From a virus, in the IMG/VR virus record IMGVR_UViG_3300031548_000001, positions 1 through 64,000 of that record: a DNA stretch of 64,000 nucleotides. One strand, written 5' to 3'. The position numbers and the translations under genes are program-made. This document shows, piece after piece, positions 19,295-28,066 of the stretch. How positions within the stretch are numbered: the first letter of the stretch is position 1; each line of letters opens with the position of its first letter. The notes beneath the pieces are model-generated. The model made no database searches, was not told the origin of the DNA, and saw only the letters and a program-made list of their open reading frames with translations.

Positions 19295-19308
19295 TTAAAA
19301 GTAAAGAG
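19295..19308 (-). promoter_or_regulatory. CTCTTTAC motif, copy 2
   Basis: CTCTTTACTTTTAA just after a terminator. Confidence 0.65.
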
Positions 19309-19314
19309 GAAAAT

Positions 19315-19347
19315 AAAAAGGCGCGGAAATTAATCCGCGCCTTTTTT
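19315..19347. terminator. Bidirectional intrinsic terminator
   Basis: AAAAAGGCGCGGA-AATTAA-TCCGCGCCTTTTT. Confidence 0.85.
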
Positions 19348-20137
19348 ACGCCAACTCCCACTCACCTCGGGCCACACTTCGAAATGGCCCTTGCTGAAGA
19401 ACCTGCCGAATCTTCTCCCGCCAGTGGACGTTGTCCGTCGGTCGTCGGGCCAGCATCGCCTCGTAGATGTGCGTCAAGTGTGCACGTCCGCCGAGACCAC
19501 GCATTACCGAGACTACCGCCTCGCGCCAGCTGCCGGAGCCGCGCTCGAGTCCTTCGCGGACATCATCGCGCATCGAGCCGGCTAGGTCACACTCGACGTA
19601 GAGGCGCAGGCCTCGAAGCTGTGGAGCGGGATCTTTCACGAAGGTGGCAAAGATGATCGGCTTGCTGAGCCGCTGCCAGATCGTGCGGGGCAGCAGGTCC
19701 GCCGAGATTGTCCATGTCCGATTCCAGCGCAGCACCCGCGAAGGCGTTTGCATGAAGTAGGCTGGCACGATGAACCCGGCGCGACCCCCGTCTGGCATGA
19801 CGTCCAGCAGGCGGTTGAGCATTTTGTCCATGAACGACGATTGAAACGGCGGATTGCCGAAGGCTATCGTCACGCGGGCTGGAAGCTCGGCGGAGAGGAA
19901 GTCGCCGACGGTGATGTGGCGCCCGGTGCGCTCGCGTGCCTGGGCGGCAAGCTTGGGGTCGATCTCGTAGCCGTAGGCCGTAACGTGGGAAGGCACCGCG
20001 GCGAGCATGCGCCCGTCGCCACACGTGGGCTCCACGACCACGTCGTCGGCCGTCACGTCCGGGAAGATGTCCTCCCAGAGCTGACGTGCGGCGTAGGCGG
20101 GTGTCAGGTATTGGTCGAGTTCGGCGACAGTGCTCAT
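19346..20137 (-). CDS. Amino (N6A/N4C) DNA methyltransferase with a C-terminal winged helix
   Basis: QYLTP, VEPTCGDG, YEID, GDFL and GNPPF motifs; C-terminal EKIRQVLQ. Confidence 0.85.
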   Translation of the reverse strand: MSTVAELDQYLTPAYAARQLWEDIFPDVTADDVVVEPTCGDGRMLAAVPSHVTAYGYEIDPKLAAQARERTGRHITVGDFLSAELPARVTIAFGNPPFQSSFMDKMLNRLLDVMPDGGRAGFIVPAYFMQTPSRVLRWNRTWTISADLLPRTIWQRLSKPIIFATFVKDPAPQLRGLRLYVECDLAGSMRDDVREGLERGSGSWREAVVSVMRGLGGRAHLTHIYEAMLARRPTDNVHWREKIRQVLQQGPFRSVARGEWELA

Positions 20138-20373
20138 ACGATTTTCTTCATCCACTCGTCGTTGTGGCCCCACCGGAAGAGGCACGTCTTGAGGATCTGG
20201 ATGGCGGTCGACCTCTCCAGCGAGGAGGTGTATTGAACGAACGCCTTTTTAGGATCGTTGGTGTGCGGCGCGGTCATCAGGATGAACGCGTGACCGGGCG
20301 GAAGTGCAGCCTCGACGGCTTTTGCCGCTGCATGCAGTTGCTTGGGTGTGAGAGGGGTCGGGTTGTCGCTCAT
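20134..20373 (-). CDS. Hypothetical protein
   Basis: MSDNPTPL...; ATGA overlaps on both sides. Confidence 0.65.
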   Translation of the reverse strand: MSDNPTPLTPKQLHAAAKAVEAALPPGHAFILMTAPHTNDPKKAFVQYTSSLERSTAIQILKTCLFRWGHNDEWMKKIV

Positions 20374-20942
20374 GCGGTTCCTTTTTTCAGTAGTTGCGCC
20401 TTCGCGATTTCCAGCCAGTGACGCCAGGTGAACTCCACGCGGGCCCTCGCTTCCTCTGGGTTGGCGAATTCGATCAAGTAGTAGGTGCCTCCGAACCAGA
20501 CGCGGAAGCCTTTGTGCCACTTCTTTCCGCTGGGCATTATGAACTTTCGCCCGGTGCTGTAGTAGTAGCTGCCGATGCACACGCCGTCGGCGTTAGCCTC
20601 CCAGTGGACGCCGGTTTTTCCGACGGTCCAGATGATCGGTGCTTTGCCTGCCGCCTCTAGCCACCGCAGCGCGTATTTACGGGCAGCGTCCTTAGCACCC
20701 TCAATCGTCGGATATTCAACCGTTCGGTCGATCGGTGGAATGGGTAGGTCGGCGAGCTTGGTGTCGAGGTGACCACAGTTGTAGAGCGTGAACGGAGGCT
20801 TATCACATGGGCCTTTTGCGGCATACCCGACGATGTCGATAAGGTTGAAGTAAAGCCGCTCGTGCTTAGGGCCGACATGTGACCACTTGAAGTCGGTGTC
20901 GCGAAGCTCTCGATACATGTAGAGTTTTGTTTCTTCAGGCAT
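20370..20942 (-). CDS. Hypothetical protein
   Basis: Coupled ORF within the operon. Confidence 0.65.
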   Translation of the reverse strand: MPEETKLYMYRELRDTDFKWSHVGPKHERLYFNLIDIVGYAAKGPCDKPPFTLYNCGHLDTKLADLPIPPIDRTVEYPTIEGAKDAARKYALRWLEAAGKAPIIWTVGKTGVHWEANADGVCIGSYYYSTGRKFIMPSGKKWHKGFRVWFGGTYYLIEFANPEEARARVEFTWRHWLEIAKAQLLKKGTA

Positions 20943-21324
20943 GGTAGCCTTTCTGCGCCCGGGCAGCGCGGATCAGGGCGATGCAAGCGGCGCGGGCGAG
21001 GGTCGGGGCCTTTCCTTCGTATCGATTTGCGAGTTCGACTACCCAAGGCTGAATGGGCTCAATCCCTCGATCATCATCACCCTCTTGGTAATTATGGCTA
21101 ATTTGGCAGGCTGCCCATTTATCAAGCAGTGGCATAACTGCGTCGGCGGACATGGCGAAGCGGTGAATGTGGCGATCCTCAGTGCATGCCCCCTCCTTGT
21201 CTTTCCATTTGGTAAACGATCCCCATTCTCCACAGTTGTTGATGGTTTTGGAAAACCCAGCCACCTCCACCGCGAGTGCCTCGGCGAGCTGCGCGTCCGG
21301 CAATTGTTCGAGTTCTTTGCTCAC
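20935..21324 (-). CDS. Phage ABA-sandwich/NinX-like protein, paralog 2
   Basis: AQL...AVEVAGF, FAMSADAVMPLL, TLARAACIAL; GTG start overlaps the upstream stop. Confidence 0.65.
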   Translation of the reverse strand: MSKELEQLPDAQLAEALAVEVAGFSKTINNCGEWGSFTKWKDKEGACTEDRHIHRFAMSADAVMPLLDKWAACQISHNYQEGDDDRGIEPIQPWVVELANRYEGKAPTLARAACIALIRAARAQKGYHA

Positions 21325-21770
21325 GCCGGCCCTTTCCCTGCGCGATACGCTCTGAGTAGAGCAATACATGCAGCGTAAGCGAACGTGATGCCTTGGCCGG
21401 TGAATTCCTGCCGGTATGTTTCGACATACATGAGCGATGGATAAACACGGATCGTGTAATAATTCCTCGGAGGGTAGTCACCAAACCGCTCTGCCTTGTA
21501 GCCAGCGAACTTCTCCAGCAAAGGAAGCACTGCGTCGGAGGACTCGGCGAAACGCGGTGGAGCGATGTAGCAGCCGGTGGCGATTTCATCACTCGGGTGC
21601 CACCACGCGGTAAACACCTTGTCGCGGTCTGCGAAGCCGTTTGGCAGCCTCATGCCGCCGCGGTCGAACGGATTTGCTACACTGCAGTTTGTGTTCTTCC
21701 AGCCAGCGATTTCTAAGGCTACAAGGACCGAAAGCTGTGCGGGTTCAAGTTGGTTTAAAATGTCGCTCAT
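21321..21770 (-). CDS. Phage ABA-sandwich/NinX-like protein, paralog 1
   Basis: AQL...ALEIAGW, FAESSDAVLPLL, TFAYAACIAL. Confidence 0.65.
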   Translation of the reverse strand: MSDILNQLEPAQLSVLVALEIAGWKNTNCSVANPFDRGGMRLPNGFADRDKVFTAWWHPSDEIATGCYIAPPRFAESSDAVLPLLEKFAGYKAERFGDYPPRNYYTIRVYPSLMYVETYRQEFTGQGITFAYAACIALLRAYRAGKGPA

Positions 21771-22510
21771 ACGGTGGGTTCTTTCGTGAGGGATTCAGGA
21801 AATACGGGGTTGAAGAACCCAAGCATGCCAGGGCACGGCGTGAAGGGCAGGGGCATGACGTCTGTGAGCACGAGCGCACCCGGCCCCATGAACCAATCGG
21901 AGTCGTGTTCGTCCACGAAGTCGGTCACCGTAGCCACCCCGACGACGCCTCCCCGGTCGAGCTTCTCCAGTGGTGGAACTGCTGACTCCATACCGCACGA
22001 AACAGCGAAGTCGCACCCAGCCTCGTATTCTTTGCGCGTGCAGCCCTTGGCGGCGTGAATGAGGAAACGACCACGGAACTTGCGCCCGGGATTTTTGGGG
22101 TTCCAGTCGCGGTTTTCGACCGGTTTCATCAGGTCCGCGTCGAGTGCCTGCTGGCGCTTGATCGGGCCAACGATGTCTGGCCGAACGATGAACCATGCCC
22201 ACGGTTGCCGGATCGAGAGCGCCTTCAGCCCTTGCAGATTCAGGACGTAGAATCGGTGCGGATGCCGAATAATGATCTCGGCCTTCTGCACACGTGGAAC
22301 GGATGCCAAGGTCAAGCGGCTGAGACTACGAAACGTCTCGCCGTCGAACATCTGGTCACCAAATGCGGTGAGCGCACCAGGCGGCACGATCTGCCAGCCG
22401 TCAGGTATAGGAACGGTCTTTCCGCCGTAGTTTACGGCAGTCACGGCGACGTCAGGCTTTGCGGCCAAGTCGATACCGATGAGTAGGGATTGATTCGGGT
22501 TTGATTTCAT
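21767..22510 (-). CDS. ASCH-domain protein
   Basis: KALSIRQPWAW, KPVENRDW, RGRFLIHAAK, GxLGFF. Confidence 0.88.
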   Translation of the reverse strand: MKSNPNQSLLIGIDLAAKPDVAVTAVNYGGKTVPIPDGWQIVPPGALTAFGDQMFDGETFRSLSRLTLASVPRVQKAEIIIRHPHRFYVLNLQGLKALSIRQPWAWFIVRPDIVGPIKRQQALDADLMKPVENRDWNPKNPGRKFRGRFLIHAAKGCTRKEYEAGCDFAVSCGMESAVPPLEKLDRGGVVGVATVTDFVDEHDSDWFMGPGALVLTDVMPLPFTPCPGMLGFFNPVFPESLTKEPTV

Positions 22511-22932
22511 TTCGGGTTAGATGCGGTTGCGGCTCCTGACGTGGTGTGTGAACCGACGAAAATTGCGGGCGGGCGAGGGATCTCCTCGTTTACCGGACGC
22601 CAGAGATGGAGGCAAAAGTGATGCTGATTAACGTAGTCGCACTTCGGCGGGTGAAGCTGCATGACCGTGTCGTCGTCGCCCCAGAAAAGGTCTTTGACGC
22701 GGCACATCTGCTGCCACGTCGGACAGCGCTGGAGCTGCACGCCATGCCGGTTGCGCACGGTGACGCTGACGTGCTCCCAGACCGGTTCGCTTTGGATTTC
22801 CTCCCGCCCGTCGGTTGCCAGGCAAATGAGTCTGTCTGAACCATCGGGGATGACGAAGAATCCAAAGGTGTCGCCATAGCCTGACACGGCATAGCCCGGG
22901 CACTGCGCACGGAACATCTCAGGAAACTTCAT
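22507..22932 (-). CDS. Conserved phage protein (WEHVSV...PTW...CLHLWRP family)
   Basis: Recognisable phage motif set; function unknown. Confidence 0.75.
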   Translation of the reverse strand: MKFPEMFRAQCPGYAVSGYGDTFGFFVIPDGSDRLICLATDGREEIQSEPVWEHVSVTVRNRHGVQLQRCPTWQQMCRVKDLFWGDDDTVMQLHPPKCDYVNQHHFCLHLWRPVNEEIPRPPAIFVGSHTTSGAATASNPK

Positions 22933-23114
22933 TTGCGTGCGCGTTTCAGATGTGGTCCAGCGTGACGGCGCACAAAGTCTTTGGTCGTTCGGTGCGTGTC
23001 GGCCAGTTGAGCAGCGGTAAGTCTTCCCGACATTGCCACTGCGGAAGCGCGGATAGTGGCTCCGAGCAACGCCTTTTCGGGAGCAGTTCGGCGCCTGTGG
23101 ATCTTTGCGCTCAT
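22929..23114 (-). CDS. Small basic hypothetical protein
   Basis: ATGA overlaps on both sides. Confidence 0.55.
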   Translation of the reverse strand: MSAKIHRRRTAPEKALLGATIRASAVAMSGRLTAAQLADTHRTTKDFVRRHAGPHLKRARK

Positions 23115-23368
23115 GCTGCGTTGCCTCCCTTTAGAACGGCAGCGGGCGTGAGGAGCTTGGGCCGGCGACCACGCATGCCCTCATATTCGTAGTAATCAGA
23201 CGTGCGCTTAACGAATGATTTGTTGCAGCCAGCCGGAGCGTGGAAGCCGTAGGTCAGATCCGTGGAGCCCTGCGGCCATTGGTATTTGATCTGATGGCCC
23301 TTCGCGCACTTCACGCTTCCGTTGACCGGGCGCAGGTTGTTGCACTCGTGACAGAATTTGCAGCTCAT
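23111..23368 (-). CDS. Small Cys-rich hypothetical protein
   Basis: CxxC and CAKGH motifs; ATGA overlaps. Confidence 0.6.
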   Translation of the reverse strand: MSCKFCHECNNLRPVNGSVKCAKGHQIKYQWPQGSTDLTYGFHAPAGCNKSFVKRTSDYYEYEGMRGRRPKLLTPAAVLKGGNAA

Positions 23369-24618
23369 CGTGCGAGTTCCTTTCGCATCTGGCAGCCCTT
23401 CGGATGGCAGAGGTGGCAGTCGCCATCTCCGTCGGTGTCGTTGGGGCAGGGGCCGAGCGGACCAATCGGGAAGGCGTTGTGCTCAACGCCGTCGAGCAGG
23501 CGGCCAGCAGCCTTCTTTCCGACGCGAATCACCATGGCAGAGCCAAGCACCTCGTCAGGAATCTCCACCACGTCTTGGTAAACAGTGCCGCCGGGCGTTA
23601 CCCAAATCGAAGCCTCCTCTTCTTCGATCGTGAGCGCCGCCTCACGCCACTCGCCCCATTGCTTGAAGTGAAATGCTACTCCGGCCTTGCGGCACTGGTC
23701 ACGAATGGAGCGGGCCCAGTCCGGGTGCATCGGGCGAGGCGAGCGGATGACTTTGCCGGTCTCGTCCTTCACGTCGTCACCGGACTCGCCACCACAGATC
23801 ACCAAGTCGATCATGTTACCGACGGGGCGATACCAGCGAAGCGCACGCTCGGACGGAAGGTTTGCGCCTAGAAACATATTCACCGGGCCAATCATTGGCT
23901 CCATGCTCACGAAGCGGACGGCGGCGGGGATCTTGCACAGGTGCTCGATGCGTAGGTTCCAGCGCGGCTGGTCTTCCATCGTGCAACCGAACCAGATGTG
24001 CGCGGGGGCTTCGCCCTGCAGCCATGTGAGAATCCAAAGCTGAAGGTCGGGGTTGTAGTCTCTGACCTGCTGGGTGCAGTAGTTGTAGGCTTGGTCGAGA
24101 CGCTGCCTCCACAACTCCGGCCGCTTGGTAAGGAGCAGCCAGTCGATGCCGTCGCACTGACGGATGACGTCGAGGGCCTCGGCGAGCATCTTCGGGTCAA
24201 CCTCTGGATCGAGGAGGTCCGCCAGGGATGAGCAGAACACGCGGGGTCGGACTTTGACTACTCGGTCGCCTTCTTGGATCAGGTGCACGCCGTCGTCGTC
24301 TTTAATCTTCACGAGCCGGCGCATGTCGCCGCGAGCGATGAACTTTCCGGCCCGCGTGACCTCAGCAAAGAAGCCAGCCTTGGCGATGCGGTTCCAGCGC
24401 TTCGGCTCGTTCCAGGTGTGAATGCTGGTGCGGTGCCGCGGGGCGCCGGGGCCCCAGTGGCTGACCGGCGCTTCCTTGGTGCCGCCATCGAGTGTTTTGG
24501 AGAATCGGTTAAGATCGAGCGTGTAGGCATAGCACATGAAGCAGCCGGGGCTTACGTGCGTGCACCCAATCCAGAAGTTCTGGGTGTGATCGCACCATGA
24601 GATGAGTGAGTTTTCCAT
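23365..24618 (-). CDS. Phage Gp37/Gp68 (DUF5131) family protein
   Basis: ISWCDHTQN, GCTHVSPGCFMCYA, LLLTKRPE, FVSMEP, GGESG, FKQWGEW. Confidence 0.9.
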   Translation of the reverse strand: MENSLISWCDHTQNFWIGCTHVSPGCFMCYAYTLDLNRFSKTLDGGTKEAPVSHWGPGAPRHRTSIHTWNEPKRWNRIAKAGFFAEVTRAGKFIARGDMRRLVKIKDDDGVHLIQEGDRVVKVRPRVFCSSLADLLDPEVDPKMLAEALDVIRQCDGIDWLLLTKRPELWRQRLDQAYNYCTQQVRDYNPDLQLWILTWLQGEAPAHIWFGCTMEDQPRWNLRIEHLCKIPAAVRFVSMEPMIGPVNMFLGANLPSERALRWYRPVGNMIDLVICGGESGDDVKDETGKVIRSPRPMHPDWARSIRDQCRKAGVAFHFKQWGEWREAALTIEEEEASIWVTPGGTVYQDVVEIPDEVLGSAMVIRVGKKAAGRLLDGVEHNAFPIGPLGPCPNDTDGDGDCHLCHPKGCQMRKELAR

Positions 24619-24656
24619 TGTCGGGTTCGGATTCGTTTCGGGTGTCTGAGATTGGA

Positions 24657-25841
24657 TCAGGCGGTTTTCAGCATCGGCGTGATGCGGTCGATTTCCTCCA
24701 TGGGGACGAAGGTGCAGCCGACTTGGACGCCTTCACGCGAGATCGAGACGATGTCGAACAGATCAACCTTCGGGCTGTCCGGATCGCCGGAAGACTTCCA
24801 TCCGGCGGGTTTCTTGCGCATGAGCCGGATGAAGATGACGGCCTTCCTCGCGCTCTCGACGGTCGCATGCTGACCGGTGCTGGTTTCGACATAGCCGTCC
24901 TTCACGCGAAGGCGGACGACATCGAAGTGACGGTTCACCTTCTCGCCGGCCATCCAGCGCTTAAGGTCATCCCCACGGGATAACTCCATCCGTTCGCGTT
25001 CGGCCGCGTGTTCGGCCTCCGTCATCGACTCCTTGATTCGTGCGCGAGCAACCTTGATTGCCTCTCGCAGCATCTCGATGTCGAAGTGGCGGAATGCGTG
25101 ACGACCCTCGGCTGTGGCAGCAGTCGCAACAGCATCGAGGTCAGATAGCGTCGTCGCCTCGGCGATCTGCTTTTCGTAACCCTTACGGCGTGTGTCGTAG
25201 GCCTTTCGGGCTGCGGCCATTTCCGCAAATTTTATCGAGTAGCGCTTATCGACCTTCCGGCGTTCACGGCCTTTTTCGGCGGCGCCAAACTGGACGAAAA
25301 TGCTGCCATTCTCCGCGTCCTTACGCTGAAGGATTTCACGGTAATCACCGGCGAAGTAATCGAGGTCGCCGACTTGGCAATTTCTACTGTCGCGCTCGTC
25401 GGTGTATGTGCACGCCACAAGGCGTTCGTTATCCATGCTGGTGATTTTAACCACGCGGCCGTCCCACGTGAAATCAGCACCGACGTAGAGGCGCTGCGGG
25501 GTTTTGGTTTTCTCAGCCCAGATCGCCGCCGGACGGCCAAACCATTTCTCCATCGCGATGGCGGCAGAAGTGTTGTCGGAAAGTCGGTCGCTGCCGCAGG
25601 CGAGGGCATAGAGGACTTCTCCACCTTGATCGCCGCACCATGACCCAGGATTCTTCATCTTAGAGAAGTCATCGGGTGCGAAGCGCATTCCAGAGACGAC
25701 CGCGTTGCGGAGGGCGGTGAACATGCCGTGGCGATAGCGTTCGCGAGAGTTGCCGTAGGGCATAGCATCCCAAAAGGCTTGGATGCAGGTAAGAGCGGGC
25801 GACATAGGGACTTCTTCAGAGTTGGTTTTTTTTTGTTTCAT
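24657..25841 (-). CDS. Hypothetical protein
   Basis: 394-aa ORF behind a leader. Confidence 0.75.
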   Translation of the reverse strand: MKQKKTNSEEVPMSPALTCIQAFWDAMPYGNSRERYRHGMFTALRNAVVSGMRFAPDDFSKMKNPGSWCGDQGGEVLYALACGSDRLSDNTSAAIAMEKWFGRPAAIWAEKTKTPQRLYVGADFTWDGRVVKITSMDNERLVACTYTDERDSRNCQVGDLDYFAGDYREILQRKDAENGSIFVQFGAAEKGRERRKVDKRYSIKFAEMAAARKAYDTRRKGYEKQIAEATTLSDLDAVATAATAEGRHAFRHFDIEMLREAIKVARARIKESMTEAEHAAERERMELSRGDDLKRWMAGEKVNRHFDVVRLRVKDGYVETSTGQHATVESARKAVIFIRLMRKKPAGWKSSGDPDSPKVDLFDIVSISREGVQVGCTFVPMEEIDRITPMLKTA

Positions 25842-25882
25842 TTCGGGAATCGTTTCGGGGTTTCTGTCGTTAAAATTGAGTG

Positions 25883-26233
25883 TTATGCGTCCAACGATTG
25901 AGCTCTGGTGATGATGGCATCACCGGCCCGGCTGTGGGCGGCTTGTGCTTCGACCACGCGTGGATCTTTCGCCTCCATGTGGCCGGCGAAGACTCGAGCC
26001 CAGAGCGCCGAGGTGCGCATGCTGGCACGGACGAAGGCGATGTTCAGCGGGTCCGTCTCTTGAAAGCGGGCGAGGTCGCGCTTATGGACCGCCACGGCGA
26101 TCATGCCGGCAGCACACCCACGCGCACCATACAGGCCGGACTGGTCCGGAACCCGGAAGAAGCGCGGGCCACGCCGCCACTTGGTCGGCTCCTTCACGAG
26201 CGGAAAGCGTATCGGATAGACGGGGCGGCTCAT
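25883..26233 (-). CDS. Hypothetical protein
   Basis: MSRPVYP...; ATGA-coupled. Confidence 0.6.
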   Translation of the reverse strand: MSRPVYPIRFPLVKEPTKWRRGPRFFRVPDQSGLYGARGCAAGMIAVAVHKRDLARFQETDPLNIAFVRASMRTSALWARVFAGHMEAKDPRVVEAQAAHSRAGDAIITRAQSLDA

Positions 26234-26727
26234 GCTGCGGCCCTTTCTTCCTGAATGACCTTCATCGCCAGACTGGTGATCAGGTCGAGCATCTTGCTTC
26301 GGACATCCCAATGGGCGTCCAGAGATTCAAAATCAAAGCCGAGCGGAGCAGCCATGGCTTTCAGGATTTCCCGTTCGGCATCCGTCAACTTGCGCTTGGC
26401 AATGAGGGCAGGGCAGTAACCCGGCTCCAGAACATGTCCGCGCTCGGCATGTGCGCGGTCGCAGGCGGCGTAGAACTCGGTCAGGCGTGCATCTTCCGTC
26501 AGATAGGCCTTATCCGAATGTGTGATCGGGGTTTTGTTGTCGTCACGGGTGAAGCCAAAGCTCGCCCAGATGGGCTCGATGTAGGCGTCCACCTCTTTAC
26601 GGGTGACCTCGGCACAGATCTTGGCTGCGATGTAGGCAGCTGCCGGTTTTTTGAATGCCTGCGTGTGGACGAAGGCGCGAAGTTGTTTGGCTGTTAATGC
26701 AGGAGCCGCCTGCGCAGAAGAGTTCAT
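26230..26727 (-). CDS. Hypothetical phage protein
   Basis: MNSSAQ...GYCPALIA; first gene after the CTCTTTAC motif and a leader. Confidence 0.7.
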   Translation of the reverse strand: MNSSAQAAPALTAKQLRAFVHTQAFKKPAAAYIAAKICAEVTRKEVDAYIEPIWASFGFTRDDNKTPITHSDKAYLTEDARLTEFYAACDRAHAERGHVLEPGYCPALIAKRKLTDAEREILKAMAAPLGFDFESLDAHWDVRSKMLDLITSLAMKVIQEERAAA

Positions 26728-26776
26728 TTCGGGTTCGTTTCGGGTGACTGACGTTCCCAAGCTATGACTCCGCCAA

Positions 26777-26789
26777 TTAAAGTAAAGAG
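26777..26789 (-). promoter_or_regulatory. CTCTTTACTTTAA motif, copy 3
   Basis: TTTACT-N16-TAGCTT arrangement following a terminator. Confidence 0.65.
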
Positions 26790-26806
26790 GAAATATTAAC
26801 GGGCAC

Positions 26807-26834
26807 AAAAAAGACGCCGGTTTCGCGGCGTCTT
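26807..26834 (-). terminator. Terminator ending the late operon
   Basis: AAGACGCCG/CGGCGTCTT stem plus T tract. Confidence 0.8.
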
Positions 26835-26860
26835 CGAGGAGGTTTACTGGTGGACGTGGC

Positions 26861-27619
26861 TTACAAAACCAAGCCTTCAACCACGATGCTCTTTTGGTCC
26901 GTGGTCGCCGTGCCGGCGGTGATCGTGAGGGCAATATCGTTTCCGGGCTGGATCGGCGCGACACCCGTAGCGAGGGTGAGGATCTGCGATTTGCCGACCG
27001 CGTCGGAATCCACCAAGTCGGTCGAGGCCACAACGCTCTGCACGACGAGGTATTCGAGACCGCCGGTAAGCGCGGTGGCGGCCAGAGCCGTGACCGCGGT
27101 GGCGCCGGTATCGGAGCCCTTGAGTGCGCCCGTGACGAGCGCAGCAGCAGGGGCACTGGCGGCCAGCGCGGTGAGCAGCTGGCTGGCCGTGGTCGTGATG
27201 GCTCCGGCGACACCGGTGGCCAAGCTAACCGAGATGGCCGTGCCCGTAACCGTAACAGCGAGAGCCTGGTCGTTGCCAGCCGGGTCAACCAGCGCCAGCG
27301 TGATATTGTTGCCGACAATACCCTTCGTCTTGGCGGTAAGAACAATGTCGTTGTTCGCGCCCGTCATCGCAGTGGACAGGGTTGCGGCGGTCTTAGTGCG
27401 CTGATCACGCTCCTCAACGACGACCGTGGCACCATTGCTTACGGCGGAAATGAGCGTCGAGATAAGCACGATCTGGCGCAGCATGAACTGGCGGTGCTTC
27501 GGGCTGCCGATGAGCACGGTCTGCGCTGTCTTGAAGTTGACCTCTTCGGCGACGGCGGAGCCGGTGAGAGGATATTCACTGTCGAGGATCTGGCGATGGT
27601 AGTTGGTTCTGATTTTCAT
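26861..27619 (-). CDS. Putative virion structural protein
   Basis: A/T/G/V-rich; LTAKTKGIVGNNI and LTGG motifs seen in virion proteins. Confidence 0.55.
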   Translation of the reverse strand: MKIRTNYHRQILDSEYPLTGSAVAEEVNFKTAQTVLIGSPKHRQFMLRQIVLISTLISAVSNGATVVVEERDQRTKTAATLSTAMTGANNDIVLTAKTKGIVGNNITLALVDPAGNDQALAVTVTGTAISVSLATGVAGAITTTASQLLTALAASAPAAALVTGALKGSDTGATAVTALAATALTGGLEYLVVQSVVASTDLVDSDAVGKSQILTLATGVAPIQPGNDIALTITAGTATTDQKSIVVEGLVL

Positions 27620-27662
27620 GGGAGCTGGCGTTTAGGTTTACTGACGTGGTTTCACTGAAATT

Positions 27663-28031
27663 TTATCGGCCTTGTGCATCGAGGCGCCGCAGCACGCGGT
27701 CGTTCGACTTCACGAGCTCGGACATGATCGCATTACCCTCGGCTTGCTTGATCTGCATCGATGTCATTTTTTCGAGCAGCGCGAGAAACTGTGCGTTGTC
27801 TGAGAGCTGCGCGGCCTTTTGTTCCGTCTGCCAAATCTCAAGCTTCTCAATCTTTGCCGGAAGGGGGGCGACCGCTGAAGCCGTTATACTGGCATCAGAC
27901 TTCTTCTCCCATCGTTGGTCGCCCCAACTCTCGGCCTTGCTGATGGTCAGAGCCCACAGAATCGATAGCACGCCTACAATGACGGCCCACAGATTGTTCT
28001 TAATTAGTGTAACGAGTGGCTTAACGCTCAT
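27663..28031 (-). CDS. Membrane-anchored coiled-coil protein (possible lysis protein)
   Basis: One N-terminal TM segment followed by a coiled coil. Confidence 0.55.
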   Translation of the reverse strand: MSVKPLVTLIKNNLWAVIVGVLSILWALTISKAESWGDQRWEKKSDASITASAVAPLPAKIEKLEIWQTEQKAAQLSDNAQFLALLEKMTSMQIKQAEGNAIMSELVKSNDRVLRRLDAQGR

Positions 28032-28066
28032 GGGTGATTACTAATTTAGTAGGAATTAGGACTGGA

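Noticed and set aside
26861-27619. Contractile tail sheath (myovirus)
   Set aside because: Too short and lacks the sheath core; the tail module (tube, G/GT, tape measure, Dit, hub, NlpC, J-like) is siphoviral.
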